Shown here in pieces: positions 27,659 through 37,383 of a DNA stretch of 64,000 nt. Every line of letters begins with the position of its first letter. Position 1 is the first letter of the stretch. A program made the position numbers and the translations under genes. The stretch is from Minisyncoccota bacterium (GTDB taxonomy: Bacteria; Patescibacteriota; Minisyncoccia; Phycocordibacterales; UBA9973), in the NCBI GenBank assembly GCA_041674285.1, contig JBAYVZ010000001.1:85732-149731 (forward strand), written 5' to 3'. Below the pieces are notes generated by a model. That model was not told where the DNA came from. It made no database searches and saw only the letters and a list, made by a program, of their open reading frames with translations.

Positions 27659-28156
27659 ATGAGCATTGAAACAGAAATATTGTCCTACTTGGCAAATCAA
27701 AAAAGAGAAAAGCCACTAAAATACAAAGGTCTTAGGGTTGGCCTGTTCGGCTTGCCAGATTTTGAACATTATAAATACCAGACAATGGCTGCAAGATTAT
27801 CCGGTCTCAAAACAAAGGGGTATATAGATGAGAAAAATGGAGCATACTTTATTACAAAAAAGGGTAGAGATTTTCTTTTAAAAAGTAAATCTATCCTTCA
27901 AAAATTTTCGACAAATAAAACGAGTACAGATCCGAAGGATCTTTTGATTGTATATGACATACCCGAGGGTAATAAGAAGCAGAGAGATTGGTTTCGTCGG
28001 CAGTTGGTATCTATGCATTTTGTGATGATACAGAGGAGTGTCTGGGTAGGTCCAGCTCCATTATCCGATGAATTTCTTGCATATTTAAAATCTTTAAAAC
28101 TTAATGATAATTTTAAAACATTCAGATTAGCAAAGGGGTATGATACTCGTAAGTAA
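27659..28156 (+). CDS. winged-helix + Cas2-like (VapD/Cas2-fold) domain protein, orphan
   Basis: C-terminal half LLIVYDIPEGNKKQRDWFRRQLVSMHFVMIQRSVWVG...FKTFRL parallels the Cas2 N-terminal core (LVLV.YDI..D..RRR....L...G.R.Q.SVF). N-terminal ~75 aa is wHTH-like; no CRISPR array nearby. Confidence 0.5.
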   Translation: MSIETEILSYLANQKREKPLKYKGLRVGLFGLPDFEHYKYQTMAARLSGLKTKGYIDEKNGAYFITKKGRDFLLKSKSILQKFSTNKTSTDPKDLLIVYDIPEGNKKQRDWFRRQLVSMHFVMIQRSVWVGPAPLSDEFLAYLKSLKLNDNFKTFRLAKGYDTRK

Positions 28157-28197
28157 GAGTATTATGAATAAATAATTTAAAATTTAGTATAAAATAT

Positions 28198-28242
28198 TAA
28201 ACTTACAACTTTGCGCTATCGCGCAAAGTTGTAAGTTTTTTG
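28198..28242. repeat. palindromic intergenic hairpin repeat, copy 3 (perfect palindrome AACTTACAACTTTGCGC-TAT-CGCGCAAAGTTGTAAGTT)
   Basis: Perfect 17-bp arms; followed by TTTTTTGTTTTTTT. Confidence 0.85.
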
Positions 28243-28320
28243 TTTTTTTGAGTATATTTGTGCTATTTACAAAAAACTTCATATATTGTAGTCTAAAAGA
28301 AAACCCTTAATTTTATATTC

Positions 28321-28800
28321 ATGAAAACTAAAAAAATTAGTATCTTCGCACAAATTACCATTATTGCGGTCATTCTCGTGTTGTTGTTTCTATTCAAAGA
28401 TTATTTGATAGATTCAGTTTTCCTTTCACTTTTTGCTGTATTTTCAGCTTTACTCCTAGTGTCTATCTTTAATTTTATTGATCATATTTATGTAAAAAAA
28501 GGTGAAATGACCAAGGAAAAAATATTGGAAGTTGTCAGTAAGTCTCGAGCTAAGTTTCAAAAATTTGGCTATCTTCCTTTGGAATTTGAAGAAAAATATC
28601 ATAGTACGTCGGTGCCCGATAAGGATCAGGATATAAGGCATTGTATCTGGATGCTCGATCAAATTGAAAAGCAAATCAATGATAATGATTTTGAGATTGG
28701 AAGGATAAACAGATGGCTCGGTTTTGTACAGCATTGTTTATGGGCATATGGATTCTATTCACTCGAAGAGATGAGAGATCAAAATCGACCAACAAAATAA
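28321..28800 (+). CDS. hypothetical membrane protein
   Basis: Two N-terminal TM helices; no motif. Confidence 0.45.
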   Translation: MKTKKISIFAQITIIAVILVLLFLFKDYLIDSVFLSLFAVFSALLLVSIFNFIDHIYVKKGEMTKEKILEVVSKSRAKFQKFGYLPLEFEEKYHSTSVPDKDQDIRHCIWMLDQIEKQINDNDFEIGRINRWLGFVQHCLWAYGFYSLEEMRDQNRPTK

Positions 28801-28869
28801 TTGACTAAACATCAAAAAATCCCTAGAACTTTCGTTCGAGGGATTTTTTAATGCGTCTATGTATATAGA

Positions 28870-29997
28870 TTATGCAGTTGCTTTTTTGTCGTCTAGGAAT
28901 ACTAGAGTCATTCTCTGGTCTTTTGGTTCAAATAGTGTCACTTGGAAATTGTATGTCTTACCCATCTCTAGTGTCTTCTTTAGTTTTTCCTCAGATCCAA
29001 ATCCTGAATTGTGTACTAGTCCTGCTACTCCTTGCTTGATAGATACCAATGCGCCGTGTTTGTTGAACTTGATTACTACTCCAGATACGATATCACCCTT
29101 CTTCAATGTAGTCTCGAATTCCTTCCATGGGTTTTCTTTTAGAGCTTTGATTGAAAGAGAGATTTTACCTTCTTTGATTTCGATTATCTTTGCCTTGATC
29201 TTGTCGCCGATCTTGAATAGGGCACGTGGATCTTCTACTAGACCCCAATCAAGCTCAGAGATGTGTACTAGACCTTCTAGACCCTCTTCTACCTTTAGGA
29301 ATACTCCGAAGTCTACGATACCAGCTACTGTACAATCGATAGCATCACCTACAGTGTATTTGCCTACTACTGCCTGGCGTTCTTCTGGATTGTTGTCTTT
29401 TTCAGAGAAGATTAATTTACCTTCTTTTGGAAGAGCTGAGATCATGATCACATTGATGCGCTTGCCTACGAGCTTCTTCAATTCCTTTAGAATCTTGTCC
29501 TTGTCAGAATCTTCAACCCTCGGATAGTGCTCACTTGAAAGCTGTGATGCTGGTAGGAATCCTGCGATACCCTGCCATTCAAGGATTAGTCCACCCTTGT
29601 TTGCCTCCTTTACTGTGATTTCAAGTAATGTCTTTGACTTGATTGCCTTGTCAGCTTCACTCCAGATTAGAGCTTGTTTTGCTTCCTTTAGAGAAAGTTC
29701 GATGTAACCATCGTCATTGCCTGCTGATACAACCTTTGCCTTTACTACGTCACCAATGTTTACTTTCTTGATGATGTCTTTTGCATTGATGAATTCACGT
29801 CCATATATGATACCTGTACCGTATGGTGCAAGGTCGATATATACAGATGATTTCATGATCATGATCACTGGACCCTCGACTAGAGTATCCACAACTGGTG
29901 GAAGTTCTGTCTTTTCAAGCATCTTGCCGACACTTGAGAGTTCAGCTTTAGCATGTTCTACAACACTGTCTAAAACTTCTTTTTCGTCTTTTTTCAT
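28870..29997 (-). CDS. rpsA: 30S ribosomal protein S1 (short, four S1 domains)
   Basis: Repeated S1/OB motifs (GDVVKAKVV, VGDAIDCTVAGIVDFGVFLKV, FKIGDKIKAKIIEI). Confidence 0.85.
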   Translation of the reverse strand: MKKDEKEVLDSVVEHAKAELSSVGKMLEKTELPPVVDTLVEGPVIMIMKSSVYIDLAPYGTGIIYGREFINAKDIIKKVNIGDVVKAKVVSAGNDDGYIELSLKEAKQALIWSEADKAIKSKTLLEITVKEANKGGLILEWQGIAGFLPASQLSSEHYPRVEDSDKDKILKELKKLVGKRINVIMISALPKEGKLIFSEKDNNPEERQAVVGKYTVGDAIDCTVAGIVDFGVFLKVEEGLEGLVHISELDWGLVEDPRALFKIGDKIKAKIIEIKEGKISLSIKALKENPWKEFETTLKKGDIVSGVVIKFNKHGALVSIKQGVAGLVHNSGFGSEEKLKKTLEMGKTYNFQVTLFEPKDQRMTLVFLDDKKATA

Positions 29998-30224
29998 AAT
30001 TTAAAAATTAAAAAACCGCCCGTTCCTGTGATTTACCAATGGTAAAAGGGAACAGCGGCACAATATATGGGTCTTTTTGATGCGGTTAAGTAAATTGCAC
30101 CATCAAGGGATATCCACATACTGGGCTAGTAATACGTAAAAGATACCATAAAATAAGGGCTTTTGCAAGCTTGACTAGTGTAGGCAATGGGTGGTATAAT
30201 ATACGAAAATTAAACCCGAAAAAA

Positions 30225-30716
30225 ATGAACAAAATTTTATTAGCTAAATCAAGGATGAATCATCCTCTTAGCTCTATTTGCACGTTGTCAAACGGAAAAC
30301 AGGTGGATGGTGAGAAATTTATTGTGGATTTGCCTGTGGAGTATCTCAGTATTGTGGATGAAAAACCTACAATGGTTATACCCATCAAGCAGCATTTTTT
30401 AAAGCTGAATGAGGCTGATCAGAAGAAAAAATTAGAATCATTTATCTTCCATTCAAATGAAAAATCTAAAAATTTTGATTTTGCGATCTTGGTATTGCCT
30501 ATGAGATCTCCGCGATCTCTTCATTTGATGGTTTCTAACTTTTGTTTAAAAAATGAATATGCATTTGCAGATTCATCAAATTCACAAGAGAAAAAAGAAT
30601 TATTAATTAGCTTACCTGTACCTAAAAACCCTGAGATCGATTTAGTGTCAATGTTCCATTTGGGAATTCACAATGAATCTGGTTATCAGAATCGTTTGGC
30701 TATTGCCAAAGTTTAA
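30225..30716 (+). CDS. hypothetical protein
   Basis: ORF from ATG 30225 (track ORF begins 30171); no motif. Confidence 0.4.
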   Translation: MNKILLAKSRMNHPLSSICTLSNGKQVDGEKFIVDLPVEYLSIVDEKPTMVIPIKQHFLKLNEADQKKKLESFIFHSNEKSKNFDFAILVLPMRSPRSLHLMVSNFCLKNEYAFADSSNSQEKKELLISLPVPKNPEIDLVSMFHLGIHNESGYQNRLAIAKV

Positions 30717-30794
30717 TCAAACTAAAGAAGTTCGACCTGTCAGATTTAATCTGGTGGGTCTTCTTTTTTTATATATATTTGATATAATACTCCT

Positions 30795-31421
30795 ATGATT
30801 ATCACATACCTCGGAAAGCAATTTTTTAAAATTCAGCAAGGCGATCTAGTCGTCGCATTTAACCCTATTAGTAAAGAATCAAAATGGGATGGTAAGATAT
30901 CTCGTTTTGGTTCAGATATAGCACTATCTACTACAAATCACCCAGATTACAATGGCTTTGACACTGTATCTCACGGAGACACTGTTCCTTTTTCTGTATC
31001 TGGTGCTGGTGACTATGAAATAAGGGGTATTTTTATAAAGGGTGTGGGTACCGAGGCTAGTATCGGTGGTAAAAAATATGTGAATACTATCTATTCTATG
31101 TCTATCGAAGGTATAACTCTTGGAATACTGGGTCCTGTGGCTAGTGGAGCTATGACATCTCCAGTAAAGGCAGAATTTGAATCTCCTGATATTCTTTTTG
31201 TTCCAATCGGAGGCGGAGATACGCTGGAGGTAGCCGAGGCATACAAAATGGCTCTCTCTATGGAGTCCAAGATTATAATTCCAATGGGCTATGACGAAAA
31301 ATCACTAAAGGCGTTCTTAAAAGAAGGAGGTCAGGAAAATACAAAGTCAATAGAAAAGCTAACCATCAAAGCAAAAGAGCTCGCTGGACGAGAGGGCGAG
31401 ATTGTCGTTCTGGATTATTAA
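30795..31421 (+). CDS. hypothetical protein, possibly degenerate metallo-beta-lactamase-fold (UPF0173-like)
   Basis: MIITYLGKQFFKIQQGDLVVAFNP resembles N-termini of MBL-fold hydrolases, but the HxHxDH motif is not intact (TTNHPDYNG). Confidence 0.35.
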   Translation: MIITYLGKQFFKIQQGDLVVAFNPISKESKWDGKISRFGSDIALSTTNHPDYNGFDTVSHGDTVPFSVSGAGDYEIRGIFIKGVGTEASIGGKKYVNTIYSMSIEGITLGILGPVASGAMTSPVKAEFESPDILFVPIGGGDTLEVAEAYKMALSMESKIIIPMGYDEKSLKAFLKEGGQENTKSIEKLTIKAKELAGREGEIVVLDY

Positions 31422-31435
31422 TATACAATAAGGAT

Positions 31436-31561
31436 ATGAATCCCGTTAGAGATGTGTTTGTTTTATTTTTAAAGTGGGATGAATATTAAATTAAGTCGTA
31501 TTTTTTTACTAAACATTAATAAGATACGGTAATGTAAACATTACCTATCTCTAACGGGATG
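31436..31561 (+). promoter_or_regulatory. structured leader element copy 2 (uORF MNPVRDVFVLFLKWDEY + stem CCCGTTAGAGAT/ATCTCTAACGGG ending at the start codon of the downstream membrane protein)
   Basis: uORF ATG 31436; 5' arm 31442-31453; 3' arm 31547-31558; main ATG 31559. Confidence 0.6.
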
Positions 31562-31891
31562 AAAGATTATATCTATAAATTGCGCTCAAAGCCAGAAGAA
31601 ATAAGGAAACAGTATATGTTTTTCTTTATTGCTATCTTTATGACTGTCGTAGGTGGAGTGTGGGTTTATAGTCTGACCAATACATTTTTTAAATCTTCTG
31701 CGAGTCCCGAGGTTGGTCTAAGTGAAGATGTTAAGCCATTTGCACTGTTCGCAAATACAATAAAGGATACTTATACAAATGTAAAAGCAAGCGCAGTTGA
31801 CCCATTCACAAAAGATAAAGAAGAGATAAAAGACGTGATTCCGGTTGAGAATCAGAAGATGATACCACTTACAGTAATAGATAACCAATAA
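31559..31891 (+). CDS. small N-terminally membrane-anchored protein
   Basis: [22 protein letters not shown]; precedes gyrA by 4 nt. Confidence 0.5.
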   Translation: MKDYIYKLRSKPEEIRKQYMFFFIAIFMTVVGGVWVYSLTNTFFKSSASPEVGLSEDVKPFALFANTIKDTYTNVKASAVDPFTKDKEEIKDVIPVENQKMIPLTVIDNQ

Positions 31892-31895
31892 TACA

Positions 31896-34352
31896 ATGGC
31901 AAAAAAAGAAGAAAACAATGAAATAGTAAAAGAGCATGTAAACGTAGTCTCTGTAAATATTAGTCGTGAGATGAAAGACTCATTTATCGACTATGCCATG
32001 TCTGTGATCACAGATCGCGCTCTACCTGATGTGCGTGATGGATTAAAGCCAGTTCACCGTCGTATCCTATACGCTATGAATGAGATGGGATTGACCCATT
32101 CTTCTCGTTTTCGTAAGTCTGCTGCAGTAGTCGGAGACGTGCTCGGAAAGTACCACCCACACGGAGATGTGGCTGTTTATGATTCTATGGTGGGTATGGC
32201 TCAGGATTTCTCTTATCGTTATCCTCTGATATTCGGGCAGGGTAACTTTGGTTCTATCGACGGGGACAATGCAGCTGCTATGCGTTATACAGAGGCAAAA
32301 ATGGCAAAGATCTCATCAGTCCTTCTCCTTGATCTAGAAAAAGAAACAGTAGATTTTCGACCAAACTACGACCAGACTCGCAAGGAGCCTATCGTGCTAC
32401 CTACTGCTGTCCCATCACTATTGCTAAACGGTACTCTAGGTATCGCTGTGGGTATGGCTACAAATATCCCACCACACAATCTAGGTGAGGTAGTAGACGC
32501 TACAATCGAGCTAATTGATAATAAGGACGCAACTACGGAGGATCTGATGAAGCATATCAAGGGTCCAGACTTTCCAATCGGTGGTATCGTATACGGTCAG
32601 GCAGATATGCTACATGCATATTCTACTGGACGTGGTGGAGTAGTGACTCGTGGCGAGGCAGAGATAGTAGAGCAAAAGAGTGGCACATTTCAGATCATCA
32701 TCACATCTATCCCGTACCGTGTGAATAAATCAGCTCTTATTGAGGCTATAGCGGCCCTAGTGCAAGAGAAAAAGCTAGAAGGTATCAAAGGCCTACGTGA
32801 TGAATCAGCAAAAGATATCCGTATCGCTATTGATCTAAAATCAGGTGTTCACCCACAAAAAGTACTGAACTATATCTACAAGCATACACAGCTCGAGCAG
32901 TCTTTCAATTTTAACATCGTGGCCCTAGTAGATGGTGTACCTCAGACATTGTCACTCAAGAGTCTGCTCTCTGAATTCATAACTCACAGGCAGGTTGTGG
33001 TAAAGCGTCGCACAGAATACGACCTACGTAAGGCAAAAGAACGCGAGCATATATTGCTCGGCTTGAAAAAAGCTCTCGACCATATCGACAAAGTAATCTC
33101 TGTGATCCGTGCTTCAAAGGATACAGCTACAGCAAAGGTAAATTTGATGAAGGAATTCAAATTCTCTGATCTGCAGGCTACAGCTATTCTTGAGATGCGT
33201 CTGCAAAAGCTAGCAGGACTCGAGAGAAAGAATGTAGAATTGGAACTTGCAGAAAAGCAGGCACTTATCAAAGAGCTCGAGGCACTGCTCTCATCTCCAA
33301 AGAAAATGCTAAAAGTAATCGCTGATGAATTGATTGCTATCAAGGAAAAGTATGCAGACGAGCGCCGTACTCGTATCATCAAGGGTGGAGTAAAGGCTAT
33401 CAACGAAGAAGATCTTATCCCAGAAAAAGAATCTGTACTAGTATTCACAAAAGGTGGATATGTAAAGCGTACTGATCCAGGTGAATACCGTGCTCAAAAG
33501 CGTGGAGGTGTGGGGGTAGTCGATATCGAGACAAAGGATGAAGACTTTGTGACAATGCTCGTATCAGCAAATACACACAGTGACCTACTATTCTTTACAA
33601 ACCGTGGAAAGGCATACCAGATCAAGATGTATGACATACCAGAGGGCAAGCGTGCTACAAAGGGTAAGTCTGTCATGAACTTTATCTCACTCGATGATGG
33701 AGAGAAGGTGACTTCAATTTTACCGATAGACAAAGAGACAAAGAAGACAGTAGAGAGTCTGATGCTCGTAACAGCCCAAGGTGTAGCCAAGAAAGTGTCT
33801 GCAGAGGGATTCAAAGATGTGCGCCGTTCAGGGCTCATCGCTATCACTCTTGATAAAGGTGACGAGCTCGTATCTGTACTACCAATCACAAAGGGTGATA
33901 GTGTGATGCTCGCGACAGCCCAAGGTCAATCTATCCGATTCGAAGAAGATGATGTCCGCGAGATGGGACGTGCAGCAGCAGGTGTACGCGGTATCAAGCT
34001 AGGCAAGAATGACAGCGTCATCGGTGTGGACCGTGTAGCAAAGGGGGATAAAGAGAGCTCTCTTTTGATTCTCAGTGAGCACGGCCTCGGAAAGAAGACT
34101 GGTATCAAGGAATACAAAGTCCAAAAGCGTGGAGGATCTGGTATCAAGACTGCAAAAGTGACTACAAAGACTGGAAAGCTAATTGTGGCAAAGATAGTAG
34201 GTGATGAGAATGAAATCATCGCTGTCTCACAAAAAGGCCAAGTGATCCGCGTAGATTTGAAATCTATCCCTTCATCTGGACGCCAGACTCAAGGTGTGAC
34301 AATCATGAAGCTCCGCGCAGGCGATTCAATAGCATCTATTACTTGTTTGTAA
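31896..34352 (+). CDS. gyrA: DNA gyrase subunit A
   Basis: Catalytic-Tyr region [17 protein letters not shown]-terminal beta-pinwheel repeats. Confidence 0.95.
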   Translation: MAKKEENNEIVKEHVNVVSVNISREMKDSFIDYAMSVITDRALPDVRDGLKPVHRRILYAMNEMGLTHSSRFRKSAAVVGDVLGKYHPHGDVAVYDSMVGMAQDFSYRYPLIFGQGNFGSIDGDNAAAMRYTEAKMAKISSVLLLDLEKETVDFRPNYDQTRKEPIVLPTAVPSLLLNGTLGIAVGMATNIPPHNLGEVVDATIELIDNKDATTEDLMKHIKGPDFPIGGIVYGQADMLHAYSTGRGGVVTRGEAEIVEQKSGTFQIIITSIPYRVNKSALIEAIAALVQEKKLEGIKGLRDESAKDIRIAIDLKSGVHPQKVLNYIYKHTQLEQSFNFNIVALVDGVPQTLSLKSLLSEFITHRQVVVKRRTEYDLRKAKEREHILLGLKKALDHIDKVISVIRASKDTATAKVNLMKEFKFSDLQATAILEMRLQKLAGLERKNVELELAEKQALIKELEALLSSPKKMLKVIADELIAIKEKYADERRTRIIKGGVKAINEEDLIPEKESVLVFTKGGYVKRTDPGEYRAQKRGGVGVVDIETKDEDFVTMLVSANTHSDLLFFTNRGKAYQIKMYDIPEGKRATKGKSVMNFISLDDGEKVTSILPIDKETKKTVESLMLVTAQGVAKKVSAEGFKDVRRSGLIAITLDKGDELVSVLPITKGDSVMLATAQGQSIRFEEDDVREMGRAAAGVRGIKLGKNDSVIGVDRVAKGDKESSLLILSEHGLGKKTGIKEYKVQKRGGSGIKTAKVTTKTGKLIVAKIVGDENEIIAVSQKGQVIRVDLKSIPSSGRQTQGVTIMKLRAGDSIASITCL

Positions 34353-34369
34353 AATTTAAATATAAAAAA

Positions 34370-34396
34370 GTCCGGAATTTACTTTCGGACTTTTTT
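34370..34396 (+). terminator. rho-independent terminator after gyrA
   Basis: GTCCGGAA...TTTCGGAC + TTTTTT. Confidence 0.65.
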
Positions 34397-34416
34397 ATAT
34401 GTGATATAATTAAAAC

Positions 34417-34950
34417 ATGTTTGCAAATCCACAAAGTAATGTAGCTCAATTTAATCTACGCGAGGGTATGCGTGTCGCTGATTTTGGTGCAGGGAGTGGT
34501 GGGTATGTACGTGCTATCTCTGATCGTGTCGGTCATACTGGCAAGGTCTATGCCATCGATGTACAGAACTCTCTATTCCTAAAACTAACAGAAGACGTAA
34601 AAAAATATCCACTCCAAAATGTAGAGTGTATTCTCGGTGATGTAGAGAAAAAGGGTGGGTCAAAACTCGCAGATAAATCCATGGATGCAATCATAGCTTC
34701 CAATGTATTATTCCAGATAGAGGATAAATTAGGCCTGATAGATGAGATTAAAAGAGTTTTAAAGCCAAAAGGGCGAGTACTGGTCATAGATTGGTCAGAT
34801 TCTTTTGGTGGTATGGGTCCAGCACCTATGTACGTAGTGCCCAAGATAAAAGCAGAACATCTATTTATCGATAGAGGTTTTAGAGTTATCGAAAATATAG
34901 GAGCGGGGAGTCATCATTATGGTATAATATTTATATATGAGTCCCGTTAG
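34417..34950 (+). CDS. class I SAM-dependent methyltransferase
   Basis: Motif I VADFGAGSGGY, motif post-I/II AIDV..., LKPKGRVLVIDW. Confidence 0.8.
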   Translation: MFANPQSNVAQFNLREGMRVADFGAGSGGYVRAISDRVGHTGKVYAIDVQNSLFLKLTEDVKKYPLQNVECILGDVEKKGGSKLADKSMDAIIASNVLFQIEDKLGLIDEIKRVLKPKGRVLVIDWSDSFGGMGPAPMYVVPKIKAEHLFIDRGFRVIENIGAGSHHYGIIFIYESR

Positions 34951-35066
34951 AAACCGCGATCGCAATTTAAATAAAAATATTATTATAAAAATTATGCAAT
35001 ATATAAAAATTAACAATCTAATTAATCAGAATCACGACTTGATCGCGATCTGTTTCTAACGGGATG
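34937..35066 (+). promoter_or_regulatory. structured leader element copy 3 (40-codon uORF MSPVRNRDRN... + 21-bp interrupted stem CCCGTTAGAAAC-CGCGATCGC / GCGATCGCG-AGAT-GTTTCTAACGGG)
   Basis: TATAAT 34923-34928 is 8 nt upstream of uORF ATG 34937; uORF stop TAA 35057-35059 lies inside the 3' arm; main ATG 35064. Confidence 0.6.
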
Positions 35067-36368
35067 AGTAATTTTCAAACAATTTTTACTGCTATTTTTT
35101 TAGCCTTCTTTGTTTTTGGTGTTTTGGTTTTTGCTGGGCTAATACCTCTAGGAAAATCTTCAAATTCAAATTCTCCTGTGGGTAATGTGGTGATATGGGG
35201 GACATTTCCTTCTTTGTCTATGTCAAAGATTATTGAAGAAATAAATTCTTCAAATCAAGACCTCATTATTAAGTACGCACAAAAGCCAAAGGGCACATAC
35301 CAACAGGATATATTAGAAGCTATGGCTTCTAGTTCTGGGCCAGACTTGTTTTTTGTAACTCCAGATATGGTGATAAAAAACAAAAAATTTATTTATCCTA
35401 TGCCTTATTCAAATTATCCAGAAAAGTCATTTAACTCAACCTTTATTGAAGGTTCTAACGTTTTTTTGGCAAAAGAAGGAGTGCTGGCCTTTCCTGTAGT
35501 TGCTGATCCTCTGGTTCTTTATTACAACAAAGAATTGCTTACAAATGCAGGCATTGCAAAACCTCCGGTTTATTGGGATGAATTATTTGAGATGAATTCG
35601 TTACTGACAAGAAAGAATAATGACGGTGTGGTATCTCAATCCATGATTGCATTGGGTGGTTTTGATAATATTAATAATGCAAAAGATATAATGACTCTAC
35701 TCTTGATTGGTAGTGGCGATTCTATTATCCAAAACGATCGCTCTGATGGGACTATGTCTGTGGTAGTGAATGACAAGACTCCGTTCACATTGTCGCCAGT
35801 AGAGACAGCCATAGGATTCTTTAATGAATTTTCAAATGTGAATAACCAGGCTTATTCATGGAATAGATCTCTCCCGAATTCAAAAGATATGTTTACAAAC
35901 GGTAAATTGGCTTTTTATATTGGTCGCGCGAGTGAACTTTTTGAGATTGAGTCCATAAATCCAAATCTTAGTTTTGATGTAACAAATGTTCTCCAGACCC
36001 GCAGTACAAATCTAAAGAGGACAAATGGTCCAATCTACGCATTGGCTACTAGTAGTCGTTCTACAAATGTGGCTGGTTCATTGGGTGTAGCTGGCCTGAT
36101 GTCTAGTCCTGATATTGCAAGGGAGATATCTTCGGCATTGTCTATCCCACCAGCACAGAAGGATTTATTGAATGAAAATCCGACAGATCCATATATATAT
36201 ACTTTCTATAAATCAGCAATCTATCTGTACCCATGGTTGGATCCAGATACAAAGATCACAGATACAATATTTAGGGATCTATATCAGAATCTAATATCAA
36301 ATAAACTAAGTTCTGCCGATGCTGTGAATAAACTTCAGAGTCAGTTGGACTTATTAATTAAAAAATAA
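35064..36368 (+). CDS. membrane-anchored extracellular solute-binding protein (ABC-type SBP family-1-like)
   Basis: N-terminal TM anchor; SBP-like features (VVIWGTFPS..., GPDLFFVTPD, GKLAFYIG); no permease genes adjacent. Confidence 0.55.
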   Translation: MSNFQTIFTAIFLAFFVFGVLVFAGLIPLGKSSNSNSPVGNVVIWGTFPSLSMSKIIEEINSSNQDLIIKYAQKPKGTYQQDILEAMASSSGPDLFFVTPDMVIKNKKFIYPMPYSNYPEKSFNSTFIEGSNVFLAKEGVLAFPVVADPLVLYYNKELLTNAGIAKPPVYWDELFEMNSLLTRKNNDGVVSQSMIALGGFDNINNAKDIMTLLLIGSGDSIIQNDRSDGTMSVVVNDKTPFTLSPVETAIGFFNEFSNVNNQAYSWNRSLPNSKDMFTNGKLAFYIGRASELFEIESINPNLSFDVTNVLQTRSTNLKRTNGPIYALATSSRSTNVAGSLGVAGLMSSPDIAREISSALSIPPAQKDLLNENPTDPYIYTFYKSAIYLYPWLDPDTKITDTIFRDLYQNLISNKLSSADAVNKLQSQLDLLIKK

Positions 36369-36371
36369 TAT

Positions 36372-37346
36372 ATGAAAAAAATACTTGCAATATTTATATT
36401 GGTAGCAACGCTAGCACCTACGATGTCGTTTGCTGGCGGTTTTGATGAGCCACCTTTTGCAGATATATACAACCCTGATTCAAAATGCTGGAGAGGTGTG
36501 ATGCATCTAAAGGGGCCTAGCGAGCAATTGCTACGTCAAAATATGCCTGTTAAGATGCGAGAGTCCTATGCGACTGCAGTGGGTGTGGATATTTCTGCTG
36601 TACCTTCATTTGCTCCTTTTATAATTGAAACATCTAATACTTCTCTCTATGATTCTGAAAAGAAAGAATATCACTTCTATGCAGCTGCAGTGTATCCACT
36701 ACCAGGTGTAGATGATGACTGTATAAAAGCGGTCCCACCATCAAATCCAAATACTACTGTGACTACTGAGGGTAAGGACATAATAGGAAAATCTACAGTT
36801 GGCCTGGCTGCTGCTAGAGCTGCTGTGGGTGGTGCTGGGTCTATCGGTCTCGGTGGTATCGCAGGTGTTGTGGCAGGGTCAAATCCTAATCCTGATACTC
36901 CAGGGGATATAAAGGGTACTCCTTTATACTCAGGTTCAACATCTGGTAATAGTGAGATTAATTATAATCCTGGTCCGAGTGGTCTAGCTGTGGACTGTAA
37001 CCGAGGAGAACCTGTAGTTCAGTATAGTACAGGCAAAAATGGTCAGAGAATAACCGAAGTGGTATTTCAGAATAATTGTGGTTTTGATGATTTGATGACT
37101 CTAATCAACAAGATTATTAATTTTCTTTTGTTTGTCATTGCTACACCCCTAGTCGCTATCGGTGTGTGTTATGCGGGATTCCTGTATCTTACATCTGGTG
37201 GTAGCTCTGAGAAGACTGGTCAGGCAAAAAGTATACTCATGAATCTAGTTATCGGTTATATAGTCGCATTGCTAGCTTGGGTAGTAGTGAAAACGATAAT
37301 GGTATCGTTAGGGTTCAATGCTACTGGTATATTCCTAGAGATTTAA
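36372..37346 (+). CDS. secreted VirB2/TrbC-pilin-like protein with long Gly-rich N-terminal domain (paralog 1 of 5)
   Basis: Signal peptide; C-terminal two-TM core PLVAIGVCYAGFLYLTSGGSSEKTGQAKSILMNLVIGYIVALLAWVVVK. Confidence 0.5.
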   Translation: MKKILAIFILVATLAPTMSFAGGFDEPPFADIYNPDSKCWRGVMHLKGPSEQLLRQNMPVKMRESYATAVGVDISAVPSFAPFIIETSNTSLYDSEKKEYHFYAAAVYPLPGVDDDCIKAVPPSNPNTTVTTEGKDIIGKSTVGLAAARAAVGGAGSIGLGGIAGVVAGSNPNPDTPGDIKGTPLYSGSTSGNSEINYNPGPSGLAVDCNRGEPVVQYSTGKNGQRITEVVFQNNCGFDDLMTLINKIINFLLFVIATPLVAIGVCYAGFLYLTSGGSSEKTGQAKSILMNLVIGYIVALLAWVVVKTIMVSLGFNATGIFLEI

Positions 37347-37383
37347 TGTTGTGTTTAATTATAATTAATTTTAAAATAATAAG

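Noticed and set aside
30012-30058. GC-rich nested hairpin (CCGCCCGTTCC...GGGAACAGCGGC with inner TTTACCA/TGGTAAA) upstream of rpsA, considered as a possible ncRNA or S1 autoregulatory site
   Set aside because: It is a single occurrence. It has no recognisable similarity to known S1-binding pseudoknot leaders and no flanking promoter or terminator context that I can establish by eye. It is left as an unannotated structure.
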